A stretch of 64,000 nt of DNA, taken from Macrostomum lignano. Lineage: Eukaryota. The stretch lies in assembly GCA_002269645.1 (NCBI GenBank), contig NIVC01000195.1:434001-498000 (forward strand), in the 5' to 3' direction. The notes under the pieces were generated by a model. It worked only from the letters and a program-made list of their open reading frames with translations. It did not search any database and was not told the origin of the DNA. How positions within the stretch are numbered: the stretch's first letter is position 1; each line of letters begins with the position of its first letter. Position numbers and translations under genes: made by a program. Below are positions 47,709 through 60,138 of the stretch, one piece after another.

Positions 47709-50700
47709 TTAGTCTCCAGTCAGCACCTCTGGGTACACCACGTTCCTCGTCTTAGTTCCAGAAGTACGGACACGGACATTAGCAGCGTTCCTCGCTCGCG
47801 ACAGAGCCGTATACAGCTGGCCATGAGTGAAGCAACCGACAGCGAGGTCCACGCCAACTGTGTCCAGAGACTGTCCCTGCGACTTGTGGATCGTCAGGCA
47901 GAAGCTCGGCTTCACAGGGAACTGCAGCCGCTTGAAACTGACGGGGAGGTCCGCATTGCTTGGAATCAGCGGGATTCGCGGCAGAAGAATCTCGTCTCCC
48001 GTGAACTGGCCGGCGGCAATCTTGCATCTAAGCACGTTCTCGCCCATCGCGACTATGATGAGCCGCGTACCATTGCACAATCGTGGCGGGTTGATGTTCC
48101 TGAGAAGAACTACTGGCATACCCTCCTTTAGCCTCAGCAAGTGAATCGGAAAGTTCGGGGCATCCAGCTGGTTCAGCAACTCAGGCGGGAAGTGCGTAGC
48201 GGCATCCTCATCGGCCACAGTGTCTATCGAGCGGTACTCCCGCAGGCTTCCGGGGAACATGCCCAGACACGTCTCATTGATGGCATCCACTGAGTCATTG
48301 TAAGGCGCCAGGATCGCTCGGCTTGCAAAGTAGCTGTCTCTCTCCACTGGTTCTTCAAACGATGGGTACACAAAATTGATTAGATCAGTGAGAGGCCCTT
48401 CCGCAGAAATCACGATCTCGGCTGGCAGAGACACTTTCTCCTCCGCATCCTGCTTCATTGTTCCGGATCCGATCTGTGGAGGGTTAAAATGTCGAATATT
48501 TCATAACCTATACACACTTTTAAGCACAGACATTCCTAAATGACGCAAACTTAAAAAATTGAGCTCAAAAACAAATCCGCGTCTAGTGTATCATTGTCAA
48601 TCATTTAATAAACTGATGAAATCAGACTTACCTGCTTGAGTAGCTCGGTGTACATCTGATACGCTACAGAATCGGAACTGCTCAGCATCCGGATGTTTCT
48701 CGTCAGGCGATGCCGTTGGAAGTATTTCCACAGTGAGGATCGGCTAACACACGCCATGACACTGTTAGCACGAGTCCCATGCACCACAACGGGTAGGAGC
48801 TGCCGGAAGTCACCAGCGCACACAAACACCAGTCCGCCAAATGGCGAGTCCTGCTTCCGCACATCTCGCAAGCACCGGTCGACCACCTCCAAATCCTTCC
48901 GGTTTGTCATAGAAATCTCGTCCCACACAATTAGACGCGCTGTGCGAAATACAGCAGCTTGTTTGGACTGCACTCCAACAGCGCACACGTCCTTGTTTGA
49001 GCGTAATACCCGAATTGGTATCTTGAACCTGACATGGAAAAATTTGGGTATCATACAGCAGAGGAAGTATTCACATATTTACTTGTTTAATTATTCGTAA
49101 GTTACTAATAATTTACAAATTAAATTTAAACAACTCACGTGGAATGCGCAGTTTGTCCACCTGGCAACAGAGTCGCTGCGATTCCTGAAGCCGCAACGGC
49201 GAGAGCGACTTCACCCCGGCTGCGCACGAAGGCCAGCAAAACCTCCAGCAGGAAAGTCTTGCCAGTACCAGCGGGCGCGTCCAGGAAGTGCAAGCCGCCG
49301 TTGCCGCTCACAAGATCCCGAGTCACTGACTCGTACACGTCTTTCTGCTCGTCTGTTAGCATTGGTAAGCGTGCCTCAGTAATCTGCGCTTGCTCAATCG
49401 TATCGAACTGCATCGGTCCATCTTGCGGCATCACGGAGGCCGCAGGCAAGCCGTACTCTGGCAGGCTTCTCCCACCCATGGAGGTCAGCATGCTCTGCAG
49501 CTCGCGGAGCGCTAGGTCAGTAATCTCCTCGGCACTTAAATCTCGATGGTGGAACCGCAGGTCCTCGCACATATCTTCAGCAAAAGAGCACCAAAGGTCG
49601 TTGCCATCCTCAGGCTCGCCCCATATGAGAATGACAGCCAGAATGTGTCTCAGGGCTCTAGGCATTCTTGACTGAACGGCCTCAGCTAGGCACCGCCGCC
49701 AGTGGTCATCTCGCTGCAGCAGACCAAGTGCCATACAAGCAGCCTTGGCGCTCGGGTGCACAACGCCATCCACGGTCTGCAGCGCCTCGAAGCTGGTTGG
49801 TCCCTTGACTCGCAAAAGAAGCATGCGAACATAAAATAAATCACCAGTTCTTGGGCTCACCGTGTACATGCGTGCAACGTTTGTGTTCCGCACTACACCC
49901 GGGTGGCCATCGACTTTCGCGCCTCGCTTCGCCCGCCGCCACACTCTTTCACTGGCATGCCACACGAAGTAGGACGGCACCTCTGTGTAGAGCAAGGACC
50001 GAGCAAACTCGTCAGTACGGCACAGCTTGAAAAATGCTATCAACGTAGAGTCCCTCGGCGTCCTGGCTCTAGCACTTGCGGTCTGCTCGTTGAAATACAC
50101 GAGCTGCTCCTCCGACTTGTGAACGCAGAGCCGGATGACCGCCGGAAATCTGTCATGCACCTGATCAGAAGGTGGGAGATAAATAATCGCTTTTAAGTTT
50201 TTTCTGAATACAAAAAGCCACAGCTTTGCAATATTTACTCTTAAAATTTAAAATATTTATTACTTCAAAGCCCAAAATTGTATTCACAGCTTCCATTGGG
50301 CCAATGTAGCGCGCAGACAGATACTCCTTGATTTCATCACGCGGCCTCTCTCCATCGTTTGCCGCTACCGTTTGCGTCGGCTGCTGACTACCCGCACTCT
50401 GTTCTGTCGCTTCAGCAGAATTCTGATTGGCATTGACTTTGAACGTTGCCATGTCGCCGCCCTTCAGCAAGTACTTGATCACGTACTTGACCGACTTTAC
50501 AGTGGCACAAACTTCAACGTTCATGTGGCACGCAAACTGGAGCAACAGTTCAGGGCTATAAGGCACAACCCACCTGTGGTTTAAGGAAAAAAACATTGTC
50601 AAACGTTTCCAACATAAAATACAAGAGGCACCTAATACTCATGACTCGCCTGTTGTCCATGCGAATGCTGCGGCCTTTGAACAGTTTGTCCACTGTAAAT

Positions 50701-53700
50701 CCACCCATCCCAGGCGACAGTCTGCGGTACAGTGGGTAGCCAGTATCGCTGGTCAGCGTCACCTGCTGGAACTCCTTCGGAAAGCCCTTGCTGCATTCGC
50801 CATTCTCCATGCACGGGCACGCTGGATTGTCCTTGCCACAAGGGCCATGGATCATGTGCGTTTTCACCAGCTCATACAGCACAGGCTGCTGCTGTGGGTC
50901 CGGAATCTCGGCAGACACGATGTCATCGTATCGGTCCGGAGTCACCCGCTGGCCACTCGCTAGCCACAGCAGAAAGTGCACATGGGGAGACCTGGATTAT
51001 CAAGAAAAGTATCAAGACATCTTTCAGTCCAATTATCCGATCTGTATCGAATTTGCATCACACAAACCCACCTGTATTTAGTATCTTTATTTTCGAATAT
51101 TTAATCCCTTTAAAATTGAGCAATTTCTTAGCCAAAATGCATGTACCGTGCCAGGAAAATTTCTGATCAAATGGTGCAAGTTTGAAGAAAATCGGTTGAG
51201 CCAATTTTTCTGAAATCAATCGCATAGCTACAAACATTTCATTTTTAGTATATTAGATAACGATATAACGATATAAAAAATTTCATAAAACATAATACTG
51301 AGACTTGTACTCACCACGCTTTTGGTACTCTAGCGAGCAGACGTGCGCAGCCTCTTTCCCATAGCGCTTCGTTAGCTGGGCCAGCAGAGCTTTCTTCTTC
51401 ATTTCAAAGACTCGGCTAACAATGTCCGGTCGGTGCTCAGCCCGCTGTCCAGGCAGCAGCTGGGCGCTGATCTCCGGCCAATTCGGATTGCATGTTGCCG
51501 TGACAAACAGGTCCGGCTTACCAAACTTGTGAACATAGGTCATAGCGTCCTGCAGCCTCTCCATCAGGTACCTTGGCCCGCCAACGAAGCTTGAGGACAG
51601 AAGCACATGTGCGGGCTTGCCTATGTCACTCGGATCTCTGTCCGTAGATCTGCCATCAGCTGCAAACAGAGCGTCCCGCAGACCGCTGTATGTCTCGCTG
51701 CGCAGGTCTTGCTGATGGGTCCGCAAATACAGCAGCCTCTCTGCCTCAATCTTTGCACACATGTCCACCAGGTACTGCTGAAACAACCTTCGGCCATAGT
51801 GCAGCACACTGAACTGGCCCGCTCGCACCATGATTTCGCTTGCATAGTATTTCATGGGGGTCAGTTTCTTGTCATTACTCATCAGCAACTCCGGGTGCCA
51901 GCCATCTTCGCCATTCGGGAACAGCAGCACATACTCCAGCGGGTCATATGAGCGGTGCGTCTCACTGATTCGCTGAGAACCGCCCCCACGCAGTTGAATC
52001 ACGACGTCCCGACTGGCCGGTGCGTCCTCATTGTCCTCAACGATCAGGATACCGACCTCATTTGCCGTAGGCAAGTTGTAGCGCCTGATTTTAAACGGAG
52101 TTTGTGGGACACAAATTCTGTACAAATTGAATCACGTACTTATTACGCATTTTTGCGAGTTCGAGTTACAATCAAAATTCATAATCTCATTTTGATTTCG
52201 CTTTCGTTTAAATTTTTAAATTTCGTTATAACAAACACGCTAACTTACCGAATGTGTTCCCCAGATGGTCGACGGTCAGGGTGAATCACAATTCGCGCAT
52301 CTCCCAGCTCTGGGTCTTGGCTAATTCGCTCAGCAGCAGCCTTCAGGCTGCGGACATAGCCGTTGCACTCGTGAAGCAGCGTCTGCAGCAGCTCCAGTAG
52401 TTCCGGCTTCACCTTTTGGCTGAGACTCTGGCGGCTTTCGAGTTCGCGATCATTGAAATACACCTGCCATCCCTGAGCTTCAGCAGAATCCTCTGCAAAC
52501 AGCGGCGCCGTGCAGTGATGCATCTGGCCGCTGATGATGAAGCTGGGACACCAGCCTGGCACCAACCGCAGTTTGGCACCCAGCGATGTCAGGTGCAGCG
52601 CCGAGTTGTAGCTCCTGATGTTGGCCAGGAACGCGGCACTCAATCTGTGCCGCCCCATGTACAGATCCGCCAGCACTTGAGGCACGGTGCGGCTGGGCAG
52701 CTTCACCTTGCCTTTGGCGCAGCAGAAATTCCTGGTCTCTGCGCGCCAGAGTAGAGCACCGCATTCCTGGCATGCCCTATTCATTGGGCCGCAATCATGG
52801 GCCGTGGCCTCTCGCCTCGGTATTCTGTCAGGCCCGTGATCGAATTATATGCGTGCACAAATGGTAACTATAATATAGACTGCGATTTATAAATGTAAAG
52901 TGTATTATGTAGTGCAATATAAAAAATTACTGTGACCAGTAGCACAAAAAAGCCTACCTATTTTGAGCAGATCCTGCATCAGAATGACCTGCACCAAAAT
53001 GACCTGACCCAGAAAGATCTGCCCCCTGCTCCGTTAAACTCGGCGCCTCTGTATCTGCAACGGGCTCGGAAACTGGCAGTGGATCAGTCACGCGCAACGA
53101 CTCATAGTGCTCATGACGTAAAAGGATGCGCACAATTGCAGTGGGTGGCTGCACAGTGGACATGCAGTACTGCAATACATTGCCATTTGCCTGATAAATA
53201 ACCAGGTCAACATTGAAAAAACGGCTTAAAAGTGGCACGACTTCATCAGGAACATAGGTGCCCTCAGAAAAAGAGTCGTTAATAATGGAATCAGCATTTT
53301 CCGGTAAAATAAAACCTTCGTCAATCAGTTCTGGCATTACCTGCACTGCACGGCATGTCAGTTCATGCCTTAAAGACGCTGCATTGGTCTCAAGCGGAGT
53401 GCCCTGCAACTGGTCACATACTGCATGAAAAAAGCAATTTCCATCACCCGGGATCCGAACAACAGTTAGCGTATTGAATGGGACCACAGCTCGTGTGGCC
53501 AACTCACCGCTGCCAAACCTGAAAGATTGAAATTATACTTCTGACTCTGAAAAACTCATTAACACATAAAAACTCTAAGACTCATTCTTAAAAATACATA
53601 TTCTTAGAAACTCATTATCTTAAGTACAAATTCTTAAAATATGATTCACAAATACTGTTGCTAAGAAACTAATTCTCGAAAAAACAGATTCTTAGACAGT

Positions 53701-55331
53701 CATTCTTACAAATTAAGATTCTTAGAAAAGTTTTTTGCAAATGTAGATTCTTATAAACATTCCTAAAAATACGGGTAGTTAGAAACTCAATAGTCACAAC
53801 TACAGATTCCTAGAAATAGAGTACAGAATTCTTAGAAACAGAAACCCTTTCTTACAAATACAGACTGTTAGAAACATTCCTAGAGTAACAGATTCTTAAA
53901 AACGTTTCTTAAAAATACACATTCCTACAAATACAGATTCTTAGAAATGTTTTTTAAAATGCAGATTCCTAGAAACTCTTTTTATCCAATTCTGATTCCT
54001 AGAAACGTTTCTTAAAAATACACCCTCTTTTAGAAACTCTATCTCTATAATAATTCAATAATTTTTCAAATTAAATTAAAATGGTCCTCTCACCTGTCAA
54101 CCGACACTCCTCGACGGCGAATTTGGTCGGCTTCCATTCGAGCTCTTCGCTGAGCCTCAGTTTCTGTGGCCCTGCGCTCAGTTGTGCGCCGCCGATCTGC
54201 AGCCAGGCGCTCTTCGCGCAGAGCGTCGGTCTCCCTGGCCCTACGCTCAGTCTCCTGCTGCCGGAGTGCAGCCAGGCGCTCTTCGCGCAGAGCGTCGGTC
54301 TCCCTGGCCCTACGCTCAGTCTCCTGCTGCCGGAGTGCAGCCAGGCGCTCTTCGCGCTGAGTGTCGGTCTCCCTGGCCCTACGCTCAGTCTCCTGCTGCC
54401 GGAGTGCAGCCAGGCGCTCTTCGCGCAGAGCGTCGGTCTCCCTGGCCCTACGCTCAGTCTCCTGCTGCCGGAGTGCAGCCAGGCGCTCTTCGCGCAGAGC
54501 GTCGGTCTCCCTGGCCCTACGCTCAGTCTCCTGCTGCCGGAGTGCAGCCAGGCGCTCTTCGCGCAGAGTGTCGGTCTCCCTGGCCCTACGCTCAGTCTCC
54601 TGCTGCCGGAGTGCAGCCAGGCGCTCTTCGCGCTGAGTGTCGGTCTCCCTGGCCCTACGCTCAGTCTCCTGCTGCCGGAGTGCAGCCAGGCGCTCTTCGC
54701 GCAGAGCGTCGGTCTCCCTGGCCCTACGCTCAGTCTCCTGCTGCCGGAGTGCAGCCAGGCGCTCTTCGCGCAGAGCGTCGGTCTCCCTGGCCCTACGCTC
54801 AGTCTCCTGCTGCCGGAGTGCAGCCAGGCGCTCTTCGCGCTGAGTGTCGGTCTCCCTGGCCCTACGCTCAGTCTCCTGCTGCCGGAGTGCAGCCAGGCGC
54901 TCTTCGCGCTGAGTGTCGGTCTCCCTGGCCCTACGCTCAGTCTCCTGCTGCCGGAGTGCAGCCAGGCGCTCTTCGCGCTGAGTGTCGGTCTCCCTGGCCC
55001 TACGCTCAGTCTCCTGCTGCCGGAGTGCAGCCAGGCGCTCTTCGCGCTGAGTGTCGGTCTCCCTGGCCCTACGCTCAGTCTCCTGCTGCCGGAGTGCAGC
55101 CAGGCGCTCTTCGCGCTGAGTGTCGGTCTCCCTGGCCCTACGCTCAGTCTCCTGCTGCCGGAGTGCAGCCAGGCGCTCTTCGCGCTGAGTGTCGGTCTCC
55201 CTGGCCCTACGCTCAGTCTCCTGCTGCCGGAGTGCAGCCAGGCGCTCTTCTCGTTGAACAGCGGTCTCTTGCTGACGCTTCTTCTTGGCGTCTCTGCTCT
55301 TTTTTAAAGCGCTGGTGCCGCGTCGAGCCAT
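47709..55331 (-). CDS. Helitron RepHel transposase: 23-aa repeat region + OTU protease + Zn finger + HUH Rep + PIF1 helicase; 9 exons, one 1-nt frameshift
   Basis: Exons 55331-54094, 53518-52958, 52824-52249, 52084-51315, 50991-50650, 50573-50264, 50160-49139, 49028-48632, 48473-47709. Motifs: PGDGNCFFHAV..HYE (OTU), CQECGA..FCCAKG, RYNLPTANEV, PDLFVTATCNPNW, EYQKRG-PHVHFLLW, YVIKYLLKG, DAPAGTGKT, WDEISM, GDFRQLLPV, FPVKPSFCLTIHKSQGQS, HGQLYTALSR. Exon lengths sum to 5981; adding one C at 50984-50987 gives 1994 codons. Confidence 0.92.
51090..51257 (-). mobile_element. 5'-terminal fragment of the non-autonomous Helitron family inside RepHel intron 4
   Basis: Minus strand begins A|TCTAATATACTAAAAATGAAATG and continues ...GGCTCAACCGATTTTCTTCAAACTTGCACC..., nearly identical to 55616-55790. 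Confidence 0.85.
54190..55250 (-). repeat. Coding 69-nt tandem repeat (REERLAALRQQETERRARETDxx) x ~15
   Basis: Near-identical 69-nt units in RepHel exon 1, frame preserved. Confidence 0.95.
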
Positions 55332-56155
55332 TTTAGAGTTTCGATTTGAAATAGGAATTAAATTGAAGTTAGGAGTCAGAATGAAAATTAAGGAATAAAA
55401 TAGGAAAGAGTTGAAAAATAATATAGGAATGGGAAAGAAAAGTAAAGATAGCGCGAGAGGTTGTGTGAATATAGACAAAGATAAGAAGACTACCAATACC
55501 TTTTAACTCAGCGCACCACCCACCCTAAAAGCTGTACATTGTTCAGTGTTCATATATATATGTACACTAAGCCTAAGATCTCCCTCCAGCACCCGCTGCT
55601 AATTGGCCAAGCCCATCTAATATACTAAAAATGAAATGCTTGGTTGCTTGCTTGTAATTGATTTTCTCCCGAACGGCTCAACCGATTTTCTTCAAACTTG
55701 CACCATTCGATCAGAAATTTTCCCGGGACGGTACATGCATATTGGCTAAGAAATTGCTCAATGTTAAAGGGATTAAATATTCGAAAAACATGATTTTTTG
55801 CAAAGGTCAAGCAGCTCTTTCGACCTGAAATGCATTGTAAGAATGCTAGAGAAAAATCTGACTGGTTGAATTCTGATTCTGAAATAGATTGCATCACAAT
55901 ACACTTTATTTATCGTCTGTGTACTGGCTGAATTTGACACTCAATTGAATTGCGTAACAGCTTTGAGTGTGAAAGCATAGCGCAGTACTGAATTTATATT
56001 ACGTAACCATATTGTAAACTTTCATAGACACTGGTACTGACTTGCCTAAGAAATTGATTATGTCATAACTGCTTCGCGTGACTTTTTACTCTACCTGACT
56101 TGGTGTGAGTGTTGAATTAATTATATAAGTGGTACAAATTCACTGATAACTTCGA

Positions 56156-56228
56156 TGAGAGCTAGCCTAGAGCTGAGCAGACCAGACTGCTAATGCAGCG
56201 ACCTGGGTTCGAATCTAAGTAGTTTAAA
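56156..56228 (+). ncRNA. tRNA-like (SINE-head) Pol III cassette 1
   Basis: TAGCCTAG A-box-like, GACTGCTAAT anticodon-loop-like, GGTTCGAATC B box, T5 run at ~56245; acceptor stem degenerate, so not a functional tRNA. Confidence 0.55.
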
Positions 56229-56254
56229 AGTAGTAGTGTAAAATTTTTATAAGC

Positions 56255-58035
56255 TAAGGATTATTGCTCTTGGCAAACCAAGGAATACTGCACTCGATAA
56301 GCCAAGGATTATTGCTCTTGGCAAACCAAGGATTACTGCACTCGATAAGCCATGGATTATTGCTATTAATAAACCAAGGATTACTGCACTCGATAAGCCA
56401 AGGATTATTGCTATTAATAAACCAAGGATTACTGCACTCATAAGCCATGGATTATTGCTATTAATAAACCAAGGATTACTGCACTCGATAAGCCAAGGAT
56501 TATTGCTATTAATAAACCAAGGATTACTGCACTCGATAAACCAAGGATTATTGCTATTAATAAACCAAGGATTACTGCACTCGATAAGCCAAGGACTATT
56601 GCTATTAATAAACCAAGGATTACTGCACTCAATAAACCAAGGACTATTGCTCTTGGCAAACCAAGGATTACTGCACTCGATAAGCCAAGGACTATTGCTC
56701 TTGGCAAACCAAGGATTACTGCACTCGATAAGCCATGGATTATTGCTATTAATAAACCAAGGATTACTGCACTCGATAAGCCAAGGATTATTGCTATTAA
56801 TAAACTAAGGATTACTGCACTCGATAAACCAAGGATTATTGCTATTAATAAACCAAGGATTATGCACTTGGCAAACCAAGGATTACTGCACTCGATAAGC
56901 CAAGGATTATTGCTATTAATAAACCAAGGATTACTGCACTCAATAAACCAAGGACTATTGCTATTAATAAACCAAGGATTACTGCACTCAATAAACCAAG
57001 GACTATTGCTCTTGGCAAACCAAGGATTACTGCACTCGATAAGCCAAGGACTATTGCTCTTGGCAAACCAAGGATTACTGCACTCGATAAGCCATGGATT
57101 ATTGCTATTAATAAACCAAGGATTACTGCACTCGATAAGCCAAGGATTATTGCTATTAATAAACCAAGGATTATGCACTTGGCAAACCAAGGATTACTGC
57201 ACTCGATAAGCCAAGGATTATTGCTATTAATAAACCAAGGATTACTGCACTCAATAAACCAAGGACTATTGCTATTAATAAACCAAGGATTACTGCACTC
57301 AATAAACCAAGGACTATTGCTCTTGGCAAACCAAGGATTACTGCACTCGATAAGCCAAGGACTATTGCTCTTGGCAAACCAAGGATTACTGCACTCGATA
57401 AGCCATGGATTATTGCTATTAATAAACCAAGGATTACTGCACTCGATAAGCCAAGGATTATTGCTATTAATAAACCAAGGATTACTGCACTCGATAAACC
57501 AAGGATTATGCACTTGGCAAACCAAGGATTACTGCACTCGATAAGCCAAGGATTATTGCTATTAATAAACCAAGGATTACTGCACTCAATAAACCAAGGA
57601 CTATTGCTATTAATAAACCAAGGATTACTGCACTCAACAAACCAAGGACTATTGCTCTTGGCAAACCAAGGATTACTGCACTCGATAAGCCAAGGACTAT
57701 TGCTCTTGGCAAACCAAGGATTACTGCACTCGATAAGGCATGGATTATTGCTATTAATAAACCAAGGATTACTGCACTCGATAAGCCAAGGATTATTGCT
57801 ATTAATAAACCAAGGATTACTGCACTCGATAAGGCATGGATTATTGCTATTAATAAACCAAGGATTACTGCACTCGATAAGCCAAGGATTATTGCTATTA
57901 ATAAACCATGAATTACTGCACTCGATAAGCCAAGGATTATTGCTATTAATAAACCAAGGATTACTGCACTCGATAAGCCATGGATTATTGCTATTAATAA
58001 ACCAAGGATTACTGCACTCGATAGCCAAGGATTAC
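56255..58035. repeat. Satellite A: 48-nt dimer of related 24-mers (ccaaggattattgctattaataaa / ccaaggattactgcactcgataag)
   Basis: Alternating 24-mers with a third variant ccaaggactattgctcttggcaaa. Confidence 0.95.
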
Positions 58036-58321
58036 TGCGCTTGATAAGCTTGGCTACATGTATAGGATTATTTCTATCCAGGGATGCTTGCTATTTAGGG
58101 ATTCTTGCTATGTGCAGGATGCTTGCTATCTGGAAGGATGCTTCTACATTATTTGGGGTATGCTTGCTATCTGCAAGATGCTTGCTATCTGCAAGATGCT
58201 TGCTATCTGCAGATGCTTGCTATCTGGGTGGATGCTTGCTAGGAGTATTAGGGGATGCTTGCTACTGGGGGGATGCTTGCTGTCTTGGGAATATTTTCTA
58301 TTTAGGGGTAATGACTAAAAT

Positions 58322-58388
58322 TCATGAGAGCTAGCCTAGAGGTAAACAGACTAAACTGCTAAATGCAGGGACGATGGTTCGAATTTTT
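58322..58388 (+). ncRNA. tRNA-like cassette 2
   Basis: TAGCCTAGAGGTAA...CTGCTAAATGCAG...GGTTCGAATTTTT; diverged homolog of cassette 1. Confidence 0.45.
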
Positions 58389-58444
58389 AGAGAGTAGAGT
58401 TTTTTTAATTAAAGCCTTTTAACGCCAAGACAAAAAAAATTATG

Positions 58445-59200
58445 GAAGCGTCATGTAAACAATCATACAAGCGTCATGTAAACAATCATAGAAGCGTCAT
58501 GTAAACAATCATAGAAGCGTCATGTAAAAATCATAGAAGCGTCATGTAAAAATCATAGAAGCGTAATGTAAACAATCATAGAAGCGTCATGTTAAAATCA
58601 TAAAAGCGTCATGTAAACAATCATACAAGCGTCATGTAAACAATCATAGAAGCGTCATGTAAAAAAATCATAGAAGCGTCATGTTAAAATCATAAAAGCG
58701 TCATAAAAAATCATAGAAGCGTCATGCAAGCAATCATAGAAGCGTAATGTAAACAATCATAGAAGCGTCATGTTAAAATCATACAAGCGTCATGTAAACA
58801 ATCATACAAGCGTCATGTAAACAATCATAGAAGCGTCATGTAAAAAAATCATAGAAGCGTCATGTTAAAATCATAGAAGCGTCATGTAAACAATCATAGA
58901 AGCGTCATGTAAACAATCATAGAAGCGTCATGTAAACAATCATAGAAGCGTCATGTAAAAATCATAGAAGCGTCATGTAAAAATCATAGAAGCGTCATGT
59001 AAAAATCATAGAAGCGTCATGTAAAAAATCATAGAAGCGTCATGTAAACAATCATACAAGCGTCATGTAAACAATCATAGAAGCGTCATGTAAAAATCAT
59101 ACAAGCGTCATGTAAACAAGCATAGAAGCGTCATGAAAAAATTATAGAAGCCTCATATAAAAACTAATGAAAGTGTGTCATTTAAAAAATTAAGAAGCAT
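58445..59200. repeat. Satellite B: ~23-nt (gaagcgtcatgtaaacaatcata)
   Basis: About 30 copies; remnant in reverse orientation at 45340-45420. Confidence 0.95.
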
Positions 59201-60104
59201 CATGGAAGAATAAAAGAAGCGTAACGTAAAAATCAAAAGAAGCGTCATGTCAGACATGAAAGAAATGTCATATAAAAATTAAATGAAGCTATAGTACAGT
59301 GCTGTGCTGGGGAGAATTACTGAGACGTCAAGGCTCACAGAGAATAACTGAGATTACAGGGGGGTTTCTGAGATGTTAAAGCAAAAGTCAGAAGCTACTT
59401 CAAAGTACATGTACTTTACTTAAGTTTTTTATTGCATTCTTTGTTGGCTTGCCACGGTGGGGGGGGGCGCTGATAGAAGAAGAGTCATGTAAAAATAAAA
59501 GGAGCACTATGTATACATAAAATAAAAGTCATGTCAAAGTTAAAAGATTCATTTGGGAATTGCTACGATGTCAAAGCTTGGAGGGAATCGTTATAGTGCT
59601 GTGATTCTTAAAGAAGGAATCACTTAAATGCCAAGGCTTAGGGAAGAAGAATTGCTGTGATTTCAAGGCTTTAGGTTGGGTGAAAGTTAGGTTTACGTCA
59701 GGTTTGGGTTGAGGGTTAGATTTTAGCGCGTTTCAAGGTTAACAGGGGATTTTTTAGATTTCAAGGTTTATTGGGGGCATCGCTGACATGTCAAGGCTTA
59801 CGAGGGGAATCTATCTATCTATCTACAGCTGAGATGTCAAGGCTCACGGGGGAATAAATGAGATGTCAAGGCTAATGTCAGAAGCTACATGTAGTTTATT
59901 GGAAAAAAGTTATTACATTATTTGTTGGCTCCTCACGGGAGGGATCGCTGATAGAAAAAGCGTAATGTAAAAAAAAAAGAAGCTTCATGTCAAAGTTAAG
60001 AGATTCATTTGGGAATCCCTACGATGTCGAGGCTTGCAGGGAATCGCTATAATGCTGTAGTAGTGCTATAGACTCTTAGAGAGAATTACTGAAATTTCAA
60101 TGCT

Positions 60105-60138
60105 TTAGGGTTAGGGTTAGGGTTAGGGTTAGGGTTAG
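60105..60138 (+). repeat. Interstitial (TTAGGG)5 inside the Helitron
   Basis: Five perfect copies plus TTAG; homologous ccctaa run at 45288-45312. Confidence 0.9.

Larger units (their letters stand above)
45179..55331 (-). mobile_element. Autonomous-type Helitron (5' end not located)
   Basis: 3' end on the minus strand reads GCTCCCC-AACG-GGGGGC hairpin + GTTGATTG + CTAG|T (45207-45179); RepHel gene inside; 3' region shares TTAGGG-like repeats, the 23-nt satellite and agctacatgtag tracts with the elements at 55616-64000. Confidence 0.85.

Noticed and set aside
54081-55336. Long plus-strand ORFs (408 and 384 aa)
   Set aside because: Antisense shadows of the stop-free 69-nt coding repeat of RepHel.
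56247-58044. Many ORFs such as LLLINQGLLHSISQG and ECSNPWFINSNNPW
   Set aside because: Satellite A read in different frames; no domain content.
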